64,000 nucleotides of DNA. Source: Haliotis rubra (Eukaryota). The notes beneath the pieces are model-generated. The model ran no database searches and had not been told where the DNA came from. It saw nothing but the letters and a program-made list of their open reading frames with translations. A program made the position numbers and the translations under genes. Location of the stretch: contig NW_025767122.1 in assembly GCF_003918875.1 (NCBI RefSeq), forward strand, positions 248,001 to 312,000. The letters run 5' to 3'. The first letter of the stretch is position 1; each line of letters opens with the position of its first letter. Positions 27,182 through 39,023 of the stretch are shown here, one piece after another.

Positions 27182-28774
27182 CTGCAACGAATACGCGAGA
27201 GAGAAAATGTTGTTTAATTCAACCCGAAGTTGATAGCATGGAAGCCTTAGATATTCGTTTCGTGAATGAACCATACTTGACTGATCTACCGAGTAGCTCG
27301 TCCTGCTTGAACAGGACACTATGCTTATCACGTTCACGTTTTCTGCCAGCTTGAATACTTTCCAGTTTGTAGCCAAATTCAATAGTTAAAACCTGTTTAA
27401 AACTATAGGCCTCATATGCTACTCGTCCAGGAGGACTAGCTTCAGTTGGATTTTGATTTGTCCTAAGCACGTCTCAAGCTAGGGGACAATATTGAAGGCT
27501 ACATATAAGCACATTGGGGACAACTCGTTCTCATTTGTCCACCAAAGTGTCAGGAGGGACTGTTCAAGCAGTGCCTTCCTGAATCCCTGAACCTTATTTA
27601 GTTTACTATTGCTCTAAATGAAGCAAGTCTAGATCTTCCACATTCATAATCTCCTAGCTCAAGGGTGCTTCCTCTCAATTTGAGTGAAGCTGCTCCTCTC
27701 CATCAAAATTATGTATTGTCTGAGACAAAGAACTGTAATTTTATTACTTATTTCAAATTAGATATTATAAAAGGGTGTATGATTTTTATTCGCGGGTAAA
27801 GTCTAAAATGGAATGCTTGATTTTGGACTGGAACTATTAATTGACCATGGAATCTTAATGAACATATCTACAAGTTACACTGGATCTACCTTCTGGTCAG
27901 AGGCTCAAGTGAAATCCTACATACTCATTTGCTGGTGAAGATCCTACTTGGAGTTAGTCTCCAGTAACTAAGCTGGTCGTAAGGGGCGACTAACGGGATT
28001 GGGTTGTCAGGCTCGTTGACATAGTTGACACATGTCATCGTATCCTCCTGTGTTAATAGATGCTCATATTTGTCAGTCACTGAATTGTCTGGTCCAGACT
28101 AGATAATTTACAGATCGCTGTCAAATAGCTAGAATACCACTGTCAAACAACAAACATACAAACAGACATACTCATTAATGTATGCCGGCGTGTTTGGTCC
28201 ATAAATTCGGAGGAACCTCTCCCTGCAGCTTGTGGATCTATCGGCTGGTGAGTGCCTTTCCTGTGGTGGTTGGGTGGCGACCGGCTTTGTATCTGGAGTT
28301 GCGTCCCCCTGGGTAAGTAAATACAGGATGTGACTGTCTCTAAATGTTACTTTGAAAACACATTTATTTAAAACCCGTGAAGCAACGGATTAAAATTAAC
28401 ATTCAGTACCCATGCTTGTCGTAAGAGGCGACTTATGGGGACGTGTGATCACTGATCAGGCTTGCTGACTAAGGCCCAACTACGTAGATCGATGCTCATG
28501 ATGTCGATCACTGGAGTTTCTGGTCCACATTATTCTTATACCGCCGGTATATAGCTGGAATATTTCTGAGGGCAGCGTTAAAAACAAGCAAGCATTTTAA
28601 CTAAACATATTCATGGGTGAAGGAGAACGTGGTGCATACAAACCCCGTGAAGCTGTGATATTTCTGATGACCTTGACCTGGTGTAGACTGGAACTAAAGG
28701 TCGATGTGAACGTATACTTCACTCCACATAACAAACGTATTACAATATATTCAATAACAACTGTTTTCACTCAC

Positions 28775-29022
28775 GGCTTCATCATTGGATGTTGTCTCGT
28801 TGCTTTTTGCAAGTTTGTCCATGACAGCACTCTTTGTGGTGTCCACGTGAAGCTTCACCACTCCTCCACCGTTCTTCGCACCCCTCCCATAAGTTTTGTA
28901 CCGCTTGCGGGGTCCGCTAGGGGCACTGCACTGCAGACCATCTGTTGACTTCCGGTGTTGCCGCCATGTTGACTAATGGAGTTTTCGCTCCATCTGTTCT
29001 GTTTGCAGCTGTTTTGAAGGAT
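28775..29022 (-). CDS. TSSK5: TSSK5-like kinase, probable exon 10 (stop in every frame as assembled)
   Basis: ctacAG acceptor, GTGAGT donor; phase-0 frame ILQNSCKQ...VEEW*SFTW...MMKP. Confidence 0.45.
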
Positions 29023-29940
29023 CTGTAGAACAGGATAGGGTCAGCCTCGTGTACAATAGTTAACAATTAATTGGGCTGAATCTTTTTGTCACTTAAACGG
29101 TAATTTGACATTATGTCAAGACTTCAGAATTGCGCCTCACAGCCATCCTGGACTCGAACCTCAAAAATGATAAAATCACTATTCACAGTGAAGATATATT
29201 CCTTTACATAGCAGTCATGTTCTCTGAAAAATAGCATGGTTAGTATGGAGACGCCCCAAAATCACACGCTGCCTGACATTTTCAAGTGTGGCAACATTGG
29301 ATTCGAAAACTAGAGATTCCAAGCTTTCTAACGGTACCAAATACATCTTGGTATACTTCCGGTAGACGTGTTTCAATTTTGACACCAAAAGCCACTGCTC
29401 CCTAACTGTCCCCGATTACGATCCTTGGTCTATAATCTCATGGACAGGTTCATGGACAGCACCCCGACATACGCCGTGAGAGTTTCGTCAGATGGGACCT
29501 CACAAACCCATGATCGTGGGTTAGAATCCCAAATATGTGTTTAGACATGCCATGTCCATACCCGTGCTCGTGGGTTTCAACGAAGTGATAAACATTTGAG
29601 ACGTGTTAAATAAATATAACGCTGTATCTGAGCTGTAATAGATGGACTAATCAAAGTGGCGTTAAAGCCAACCCACTCACTCATAACAATAACCAAAGCT
29701 TGTCATAAGATTCGACTAACGGGATAGCGTGGTCAGGCTCGCTGACTTGGTTGACACAGATCGATGCTCATGATGTCAATCACTGGATTGTCTGGTCCGG
29801 ACCTGGTTATTTACAGACCGCTGCCATATAGCTGGAATATTGCTGAGTGCGGCTTTAAACAACAAGCCAACCAAGCAACTAACCAAATCATAATATTTGT
29901 TGCTTTGGATAACTGCAAGACACTGATACAAATTCCTCAC

Positions 29941-30176
29941 CTTGTAGACATACCACAGAGGCACACTCTTCTGACCGTGTTCTTGTCCCGCCTTCTGACG
30001 TGGCGCTCTCTCTTTGGTCAGTTCCAGCAACTTGGTAAGTCGAGCCGTGGCTTGTGATTGGTCCTTCCTTGGCGGTGCAGTTTTACCGCGTCTTTTAACC
30101 AGCTGTTTGTCTTCCTGCTTCCGCTCCTTCTCGGTCTTCGGCCATGTTTGAGGACGTGGCTCCGTTCCTTGAAACT
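29941..30176 (-). CDS. TSSK5: TSSK5-like kinase exon 9 (basic C-terminal tail)
   Basis: ttgcAG / GTGAGG; phase 1 in, matching exon 8; (K)FQGTEPRPQTWPK...LWYVYK. Confidence 0.65.
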
Positions 30177-31164
30177 CTGCAACACAGCAGTCCCATACAA
30201 CATTCGTCACCACTCGCCCCTTTCCGTAATCTCCAAGAAGAGGCTTGTCGGGATAACACGAGTTGGTCACGAATGACATGCAGTGGGCACTGAGGGTTCG
30301 GACATCCATCAGCGACTAGTTCCTTTTGAAGGTAGGTGTCGTGATGGGGGAACTCAGCTTACACAGTCAGAACGATGAACTTTGTTGTTTCAAATGCCAA
30401 TTGTCTGAGTTGTATTTTATATGACACTCATTAAAACGCTTAAACCTTGACTGCAAATCTTCTACTGGGTTGCCTCTCAAACAACCACATGCCATTCGCT
30501 TTTCATCTGTCAGTGGTTTTGAATTTATGTATTAGTCCATTTGGGAATATAGGATCAGGTGTCGGATTACAGTCCACTTGAAATATAATCACTTATAATC
30601 GCAATTATTATGTAATGAGGGTATCTGAAGTGTGCTGATTCTTATAGAGTGACTCAAGCTATTCTAGCGAAAAGTTACTACACGACTTACAGCGTCCGGA
30701 CTGTGAAGCAATTTACTGTTTATTTTACTGATTGGTGACAGCTACTTACCGTCCGGTTCCGGAAACCGAATTTCCGGATTATCAGGGCAAATTATATAGG
30801 CATAGATTAGTAACAAGCTGAAATCGCCCGGGAGGCGAGACATCCGGATTATCGGAGTCCGGACTAACGGGGCTTCACTGTATGTAAAATAATTCTAAAA
30901 TATAGCTAAAAAGAGTAGTTTTCGAGAAGTATTCAATTTGCTACCGATAAATATAATAATAATTATGAAGTTATTTAAGTATCTCGTGATTCTGTTCAAG
31001 TGGCGAGACTATAGATCACGGACCATCTCCTTTGTTATGTTAGACGGCACTGATTTTGTCTTATCTTTGGGGAGGATGCTTCTAAATGTCTTGAAGCATT
31101 TTATATTTTTTCAATGTCCACTCGTCACGGTCAGGACCAGGGTTAGATTCCTTAGACCGGTTAC

Positions 31165-31409
31165 CCTTGAAGATCCGGGTTAGAATATTGATCTTCAGTA
31201 ACCCATGCTTGTCGTAAGAGGCGACTAACGGGATCGGGTGGTCAGGCTGGCTGACTTGGTTGACACATGTCATCGGTTCCCAGTTGCTCAGATCGATGCT
31301 CATGCTGTTGATCAGTGGATTGTCTGGTCCAGACTCGATTATTTACAGTCCGCCGCCATATAGCTGGAATATTGCTGAGTGCGCCGTAAATGAAACTCAC
31401 TCACTCACC
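31165..31409 (+). mobile_element. SINE-like family S
   Basis: Full length; TSD CCTTAGACCGGT. Confidence 0.9.
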
Positions 31410-32119
31410 CTTAGACCGGTACAGATACATTGTGTGAAGCCGATTGCTGTAGCTGCTAGTACTGTCCTGAACATGCTTAACTATGATGGGAAGATGAGAT
31501 AACAGGCATTAATAATGGTTCTATGGGCCCACGTGCAGATGACCATCAATCCGCCTTGACCGCAGTAAGCCTACGCTAGTTCCGGTAGCATCAGTCTCAT
31601 GGCCCGTCGTTTCTCAGTCCCTTTACGTGAAGGGCAATTCCTCGATCCAGGGCATTGGATGAAATTATACACCAAGAAAAGGTGAAAAATCACATTTCGT
31701 TGTTTTCATTTATCATGCAAACCCTGGAGATGGTATACACATTTTTTACACACCTTTGGGTGAGATCCAAGTGAGAAAACAGTTTTCAAACATGTGTGAG
31801 ATTTGCAAGTCCGTGATTGGCTTCTCCATGGTGATGACCTAAGGTCAGATTATGACGGACTACTTTCCTGATAGAACTTCATTGATAAGTTAGTCGTGCT
31901 TCAATCGAACATAAACCTGTTACTCGTGCCAATACGTACATACCTGTTATTCTCGCGATTCTTCAGTGCGGTGGAAAATGGATCGCAATGCTTGACTAAA
32001 CATTGTGACGTCATCGGTAACCATAGCGTCACAATAAAATGAAATCACTAACCACTCTGTTGCTAAGCCATACCCAGGTGTGTATATTCGTCAGTCTTGT
32101 CAGACCCTAGGGCACTTAC

Positions 32120-32333
32120 TCTGGTTCTTGCCCCGGCTCTTCAGAGTCACTGTCTCCCCCATTCTCTGGTTGATTGTCACAGTAGACTTTGGAGCGGAGT
32201 TCGACCGGCCTCTATCTGGATTATCACCATGGTAACACAATGGCGGACTGCTCTTTTTGGAAGCAGCGCCATCCACACGCAATTGCTCCTTCTCAGGGCT
32301 AACATCTTCCCCTTTGCTCGCCGTATACGGATT
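32120..32333 (-). CDS. TSSK5: TSSK5-like kinase exon 8
   Basis: tttcAG / GTAAGT; NPYTASKGED...SRGKNQ open throughout. Confidence 0.7.
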
Positions 32334-32469
32334 CTGAAATACATATGTATAGTATAACTTTCAACTATAAAATAAAATTCAAGACCAGAGTGAAAACTTC
32401 AATGTCTTGCAGTTATATTCTAACGTTTTAAGTTATTTAGATAATTGTATTTCTTGTCATGCTACTCAC

Positions 32470-32604
32470 AATCCACTTGGGCTTGTTGAGCTGGCGGGGG
32501 GATGGGCTTCTTGCCCGTGAGCCAGGGGTCTGCCAACACTTCACCCACGGCGGGGCGGAGCAGGGGGTTGTACTGAAGCATCTTCCGTATCAGCACCATG
32601 CAAT
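32470..32604 (-). CDS. TSSK5: TSSK5-like kinase exon 7 (subdomain XI)
   Basis: (D)CMVLIRKMLQYNPLLRPAVGEVLADPWL; GTGAGT donor; one surplus base in the G6 run 32496-32501. Confidence 0.85.
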
Positions 32605-32701
32605 CTGCAGGATGGAGTGAGGTAGGAATGATTGCACTTCCGGGTTATATGTTTGGTATTTTCTCTCGCCAGGTGCCTCTCTCTGAGAGTCGGAAGTAAA
32701 G

Positions 32702-32990
32702 TGTTACATTTGACCATCTTCTAAATGACCTTGTGATATTCATAGCTTTCGGCCGTGGAAGGCATTGAAATTTACATTTGACAGAGGCGTACACACAATA
32801 CGTGATCTAGACAACCAGTCGCCAGACTTCCACTATTGTGTAAACGGCGCTGGCTGAGTGGGTTAGATCGGTGACTGTTAGGTGCCACACTCTACGAGTG
32901 TGTGTTTGTGTCCCGGAAGTTCTAGAATCTGTACTTTACTGAGAAAGTCTAATCGCAAATATAACATTTGACCACTTTCTAAAAGGCGAT
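32702..32990 (+). mobile_element. Family D repeat (tRNA-like core, direct terminal repeat ACATTTGACCAC/T...TTCTAAA)
   Basis: Homologous to 47287-47568. Confidence 0.7.
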
Positions 32991-33351
32991 GTGTGTTTAT
33001 AGTTTTCTTTGTGTTTTGTCTTCATATGCAAATACATATTTGACTACCGGACACTTGTCATGTTACCTTGACCAAGAATGATAGTTAGAATTAACCGGCT
33101 TTGGGCCATTAAATCAGGCAATCGGCACATTTTCCTATTTATACTGAACAGAAAAAGTAAGTTCATGAATATTTGGGGGGATATATTTTTGTATATTCGA
33201 AAAGAGCATATCACCAATCACGTGAGGAGAGTAATTTAGAGTGTCCATAGCGTCAAGGATATAATCCGTATTTTAAATTGATTTATTGTGAAAATTGACT
33301 GTACTTTACATGATACAACGCATAAAATGCATCTGTCTTCGTATATCACAT

Positions 33352-33520
33352 GGGGCGGTGGGGTAGGCGACTGGTTAAAGCGCTCACTCGTCACGCCGAA
33401 GACCCGGGTTCTATCCCACATGGGTACAATATGTATCGCCCATTTCTGGTGTCCTCCCCCGTGATATTGCTGGAATATTGCCAAAAGCGGCGTATAACCA
33501 TACTCACTCACTCACTTACT
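33352..33520 (+). mobile_element. SINE family B
   Basis: GGGGCGGTGGGGTAG head, (ACTC)n tail, TSD TCGTAT(A/C)TCA. Confidence 0.85.
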
Positions 33521-33614
33521 CGTATCTCAACTGGACATCTACATATGATTATCCCCATAAAATATGGGTAGTACATTACTCTACACTACCCACTATCATG
33601 TAAGAAACACTTAC

Positions 33615-33733
33615 CAAATGAGACGTTACGCTCGAATCTGAGTCTCTGCATTCTCATGTCTTCGTCCATCTCGCTGAGCTGACTGTCGTTGTAGGGGAGA
33701 CGGCCGTTCACCATGGCGAACAGGATGATACCC
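33615..33733 (-). CDS. TSSK5: TSSK5-like kinase exon 6
   Basis: (L)GIILFAMVNGRLPYNDSQL...VSF; canonical splice sites; phases 2/1. Confidence 0.92.
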
Positions 33734-34388
33734 CTGCAAACACACCCATCGGCATCAGCTGGGACGTCAGTCGACGGAAGTTGGGGTGAGAAGGGGTTAA
33801 CGTCGCGTTCAACATTATTGCACTTATACAACCCATGGATACAATTGTACAAACCATCTTTCTAGAGCTAGCCCTCGGTCAAACCATGCCGCGGTTTCAC
33901 ATAAGATCTCGCTGACTGACCCAACCAGTCCTTAATACTGAGCTCCAAACAAACAACTGCAAACTTTAAGCGCAAACCACAGACCCGGGTCCCGATCCAC
34001 AAAACGTTCGTAGCGCTACGACATTCGTAAGCCTATCATTAACTATAGAGTTACGACAGGTCGTAACGTTAAGAACGCTTTGTGGATAGGTACTTAAATA
34101 TCGAGCGCCAGCCAGGGCAACAACAAGTATCATCTTTAAACGCGAACCACAGACCTTGAGTTTCCGTTTAAGGTATGTACTCATTAATTCCAACCTCATA
34201 TGATAAGGTTATTTCCATATTCCATATATTTCTTATGATCCCTTGGAGGTTTCATTGCGCACGTTCTGCACAGATCACTGACGCGCCATGTACAAAATGC
34301 TGGCCATTCTATAATCAAATCTTCATAGGTCGGTATTACACTTAGTGTTTAGTTCAGAAAACGTCCTGTTCACTGTTTTTACACTCAC

Positions 34389-34521
34389 AGACTCCAGGCA
34401 TCAGCCCTGTATCCGTCGTAAGGCTTGTTCTTGATCACTTCCGGTGCTGTGTACGCATATGACCCACAGGAAGTCTTCAGGAGCAGGTTCCGGTCTTGAA
34501 AGCGACAGGAGAACCCAAAAT
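34389..34521 (-). CDS. TSSK5: TSSK5-like kinase exon 5 (DFG to APE)
   Basis: [44 protein letters not shown]; TSSK-type TxCGSxAY activation loop. Confidence 0.95.
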
Positions 34522-34816
34522 CTGCAATGAAAGCATGACAAACGATCTTTTACAACAAGATGCAATTTTTGAGCGGTATTCCAGTTAAATGACGACAGTA
34601 AATGAATCAATATAATTATCATGTTCTGTAAAATGGTCTATTTCGTGTCATCGTACTCAACCACGTATATGTCAGATCCTGTCATTCTCTGGATTGTCTA
34701 ACCCTGACTCAAGTATTGTGAGATCGCTTATAATACAACGAAATATGGTAAATATACTGTAAATGAAGGGGTCTGGACCAGACACGCCAGTGATTGAAAC
34801 GATCAACGATCCCCGC

Positions 34817-35057
34817 CAGGGGTAGAAATAACCCATTGTCCGACGCCCGAGTCCAGTGTTTTTTTCTGTCGGGCAAGCAAATTTGTATATCACACTGTAC
34901 CGGTGTCCAGTTGACTTTCCAATATTAATTATGTTGTTTATTTTAAAAAATCAACAAGAAAACGGCCGGTATAGTGGAAAAATTATCAGGGCAAGTGATT
35001 TTACATGTGCCCTTGTACCGGAGTACACTAGCAATTTTAAAGTTATTTCCACCCCTG
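34817..35057. mobile_element. MITE family A nested in a decayed family-S SINE (34770-35215)
   Basis: Same TIR; flanks share CCCGC with a 1-nt offset. Confidence 0.85.
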
Positions 35058-35314
35058 GCCCGCTGTCGGGAAGCAATGGCGCTGAATCAACCAAGTCACA
35101 GACACTGATCACCTGTTGGCATGCATCAAATGGGCAATCTCCACTTCTATATACTTAGTCGCTTCTTAAGGCAAGCATGCATAGCTGAAGACCAATTCTA
35201 ACCGGGTTCTTCACCCAGACTATGACTATATCAGAAGATTTATAGAAGACAATATTTCTTTTGAAAGAAACCAGTACCTCTTGGCAGATGTTCGCTCTGT
35301 TTATAAAGACTTGC

Positions 35315-35370
35315 CTGTTATTTTAACTGTTGTGCCAGATGTGATGAGGATGTTCTCGCACTTGAGGTCT
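35315..35370 (-). CDS. TSSK5: TSSK5-like kinase exon 4 (catalytic loop), GC donor
   Basis: (R)DLKCENILITSGTTVKIT; DLKCEN is TSSK-typical; ends G|GCAAGT. Confidence 0.93.
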
Positions 35371-35612
35371 CTGAAGACAAAAATACATAAGAAGGTCAAT
35401 CATGTCCATCAGAGGTTTAGCGCTAAGACGATTCTTTTATCCAAACTGTAGGGTGCCGTAGTAAAAAAAGGTTTATTTTTGTTGGTTTATCGCCCGGAGT
35501 TGTCCATCTTGTAAATTTATATGCCTTCCAAACACACGGCCACAAAATTCGTGGAGTGTTTAGTTCAACATCATCACATTGATAGAGGTATGTTCCTGTG
35601 TTAGTTGCTGCA

Positions 35613-38066
35613 AGTGAAATCCACCTACCTGTGCACAATGGCGTTGTTGTGCAGGTGTAACTGTGAGTGAAATCCACCTACCTGTGCACGGTGGCGTTGT
35701 AGTGAAGGTGTAACTGTGAGTGAAATCCACTTTCCTGTGTACGATGGCGTTGTTGTGAGGGTGTAACTGTAAGTGAAATCCACCTACCTGTGTACGATGG
35801 CGTTGTTGTGAGGGTGTAACTTTGAGTGAAATCCACCTACCTGTGCACGATGGCGTTGTTGTGCAGGTGTAACTGTGAGTGAAACATCCACCTACCTGTG
35901 CACAGTGGCGTTGTTGTGCAGGTGTAACTGATAGTGAAATCCACCTACCTGTGCACGACGGCGTTGTTGTGCAGGTTTAACTTTGAGTGAAATCCACCTA
36001 CCTGTGCACGATGACGTTGTTGTGCAGGTGTAACTGATAGTGAAATCCACTTTCCTGTGCACGATGGCGTTGTTGTGCAGGTGTAACTGATAGTGAAACA
36101 ACACACCTGTGCACGATGGCGTTGTTGTGCAGGTGTAACTGTGAGTGAAATCCACCTACCTGAGTACAATGTGGCGTTGTTGTGCAGGTGTAACTTTGAG
36201 AGAAAAATCCACCTACCTGTGCACAGTGGCGTTGTTGTGCAGGTGTAACTGTGAGTGAAATCCACCTACCTGAGTACAATGGCGTTGTTGTGCAAGTGTA
36301 ACTTTGAGTGAAATCCACCTACCTGTGCACGATGGCGTTGTTGTGCAGGTGTAACTTTAGAGTGAAATCCACCTACCTGTGCACAGTGGCGTTGTTGTGC
36401 AGGTGTAACTGATAGTGAAATCCACCTACCTGTGCACGATGGCGTTGTTGTGCAGGTGTAACTGTGAGTGAAATCCACCTACCTGTGCACGATGGCGTTG
36501 TTGTGCAGGTGTAACTGATAGTGAAATCCACCTACCTGTGCACGATGGCGTTGTTGTGCAGGTGTAACTGTGAGAGAAAAATCCACCTACCTGTGCACAG
36601 TGGCGTTGTTGTGCAGGTGTAACTGTGAGTGAAAGAGTGAAATCCACCTACCTGTGCACGATGGCGTTGTTGTGCAGGTGTAACTGTGTGAGAAAAATCC
36701 ACCTACTACCTGTGCACAGTGGTGTTGTTGTGCAGGTGTAACTCATTAGTGAAATCCACCTACCAGTGTACGATGGCGTTGTTGTGCGCAGGTGTAACTG
36801 ATAGTGAAATCCACCTATCAGTGTACGACGGCGTTGTTGTGCAGGTGTAACTTTGAGTGAAATCCACCTACCTGTGCACGATGACGTTGTTGTGCAGGTG
36901 TAACTGATAGTGAAATCCACTTTCCTGTGCATGGTGGCGTTGTTGTGCAGGTGTAACTGATAGTGAAATCCACCTACCTGTGCACGATGACGTTGTTGTG
37001 CAGGTGTAGCTGATAGTTAAATCCACCTACCTGTGCACGATGGCGTTGTTGTGAAGGTGTTACTGTGAGTGAAATCCACCTACCTGTGCACGATGGCGTT
37101 GTTGTGCAGGTGTAACTGTGAGTGAAATCCACCTACCTGTGCACGATGGCGTTGTTGTGCAGGTGTAACTGTGAGTGAAATCCACCTACCTGAGTACAAT
37201 GTGGCGTTGTTGTGCAGGTGTAACTTTGAGAGAAAAATCCACCTACCTGTGCACAGTGGCGTTGTTGTGCAGGTGTAACTGTAAGTGAAATCCACCTACC
37301 TGAGTACAATGGCGTTGTTGTGCAGGTGTAACTCTGAGTGAAATCCACCTACCTGTGTACGATGGCGTTGATGTGCAGATGTAACTTTGAGTGAAATCCA
37401 CCTACCTGTGCACGATGGCGTTGTTGTGCAGATGTAACTTTGAGTGAAATCCACCTACCTGTGTACGATGGCGTTGATGTGCAGATGTAACTTTGAGTGA
37501 AATCCACCTACCTGTGCACGATGGCGTTGTTGTGCAGATGTAACTTTGAGTGAAATCCACCTACCTGTGCACGATGGCGTTGTTGTGCAGGTGTTACTGT
37601 GAGTGAAATCCACCTACCAGTGTACGATGGCGTTGTTATCAGGTGTAACTGTGAGTGAAATCCACCTACCTGTGCACGGTGGTGTTGTGCAGGTATGTAG
37701 ATTTCAGTGACACAACACACCTGTGCACGATGACGTTGTTGTGAAGATGTTACTGTGAGTGAAACAACACACCTGTGTACGATGGCGTTGTTGTGAAGGT
37801 GTTACTGTGAGTGAAACAACACACCTGTGCACGATGGCGTTGTTGTGCAGGTGTAACTGATAGTGAAATCCACCTACCTGTGCACGATGGCGTTGTTGTG
37901 CAGGTGTAACTGATAGTGAAATCCACCTACCTGTGCACGATGGCGTTGTTGTGAAGGTGTTACTGTGAGTAAAACAACACACTTGTGTACGATGGCGTTG
38001 TTGTGCAGGTGTTACTGTGAGTTAAACAACACACCTGTGTACGATGGCGTTGTTGTGCATGTGCAG
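35613..38066 (-). repeat. 53-bp tandem array (~46 copies) made of the exon-3 3' end plus 5' splice donor
   Basis: Minus-strand unit TTACACCTGCACAACAACGCCATCGTGCACAG|GTAGGTGGATTTCACTCACAG encodes LHLHNNAIVHR, versus exon LHMHNNAIVHR. Confidence 0.95.
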
Positions 38067-38234
38067 CACTCCCTGGCTCATCTGTTTGAAGATCTTCTTC
38101 GTGAGGTCCTCGCCGATGCCGTGTTGGTTATTGCTGATGTTTCTGTTGATCATGTCCAACAGGTCCCCCTTCTCGCAATACTCGAGGACGAGGTACACTT
38201 GGTCGGCCGTGGAGAAGTTCTCAAACACTTGAAC
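38035..38234 (-). CDS. TSSK5: TSSK5-like kinase exon 3
   Basis: VQVFENFSTADQVYLVLEYCEKGDLLDMI...MHNNAIVH(R); phase 2 joins exon 4 to give HRD. Confidence 0.93.
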
Positions 38235-38457
38235 CTGGATCACGGATAAATGACATAGCTGAAAATATTGTTAATTTTGTCATTTTACCAAAAAGGGAGA
38301 GTTGAGTTGTCTACTCACCAGATTTCGATTGCTGGGGTTCCCAAAGCGGTATACACCAAGCACTTACCACATTTGGATGAATGGGGTTCTTGGAATGGTA
38401 TATTCCAATTACTCACCACATTTGGATGTTGAGGGGAAAGTGGAGTGGTATACTCAC

Positions 38458-38565
38458 CACGTGTGGGTGATGGGGAAGCATGGAGTGGTTGTCAAGTTCG
38501 CGGGGAAGAAACTTCCGAAGGAATTCTTTCGGCACAAGCTTCTTGTTGATCACCTTGATGGCAAC
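38458..38565 (-). CDS. TSSK5: TSSK5-like kinase exon 2
   Basis: VAIKVINKKLVPKEFLRKFLPRELDNHSMLPHHPHV; KFLPRE is a TSSK signature. Confidence 0.95.
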
Positions 38566-39023
38566 CTAAGATATGGACATACAGATGTGGAATAAGTGAG
38601 TGTCATACATGTCAGCTAAAATATCCCTACTTATGGTGAATATCGACATAACGGGTGAGCGAGAGGGATATGACTCTTTTTGGTAGTATTTCAGTTGTTA
38701 GTTGTCATTCAAACAGTACAGGAAGTGAAAGTAGCAGACAACAACAGCATTACCGCAGAACAATACTGGTTGTATGAAACCGCTTTGAGGGACTGAAATG
38801 AATACAACATGCGGAATTAGTATGTAGTACACGTGTACAAGAACTGAATAAATTTGTTGTATTATTTTTAGGATATTTATTATTCACATTTCTGACCTGA
38901 TTGTGTTTACAAATACAAATAGAAAAGAACGATATTACCAATAAACAATAATTAATAATTCTCAATATCATGTTTCAGGTTCTCTTCAACTTTTTATAAT
39001 CAACATTCGTAGGATTTATGTGA

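Noticed and set aside
35892-37982. Many short ORFs containing HNNAIVHR
   Set aside because: Frame-rotating translations of the 53-bp array, not separate kinase genes.
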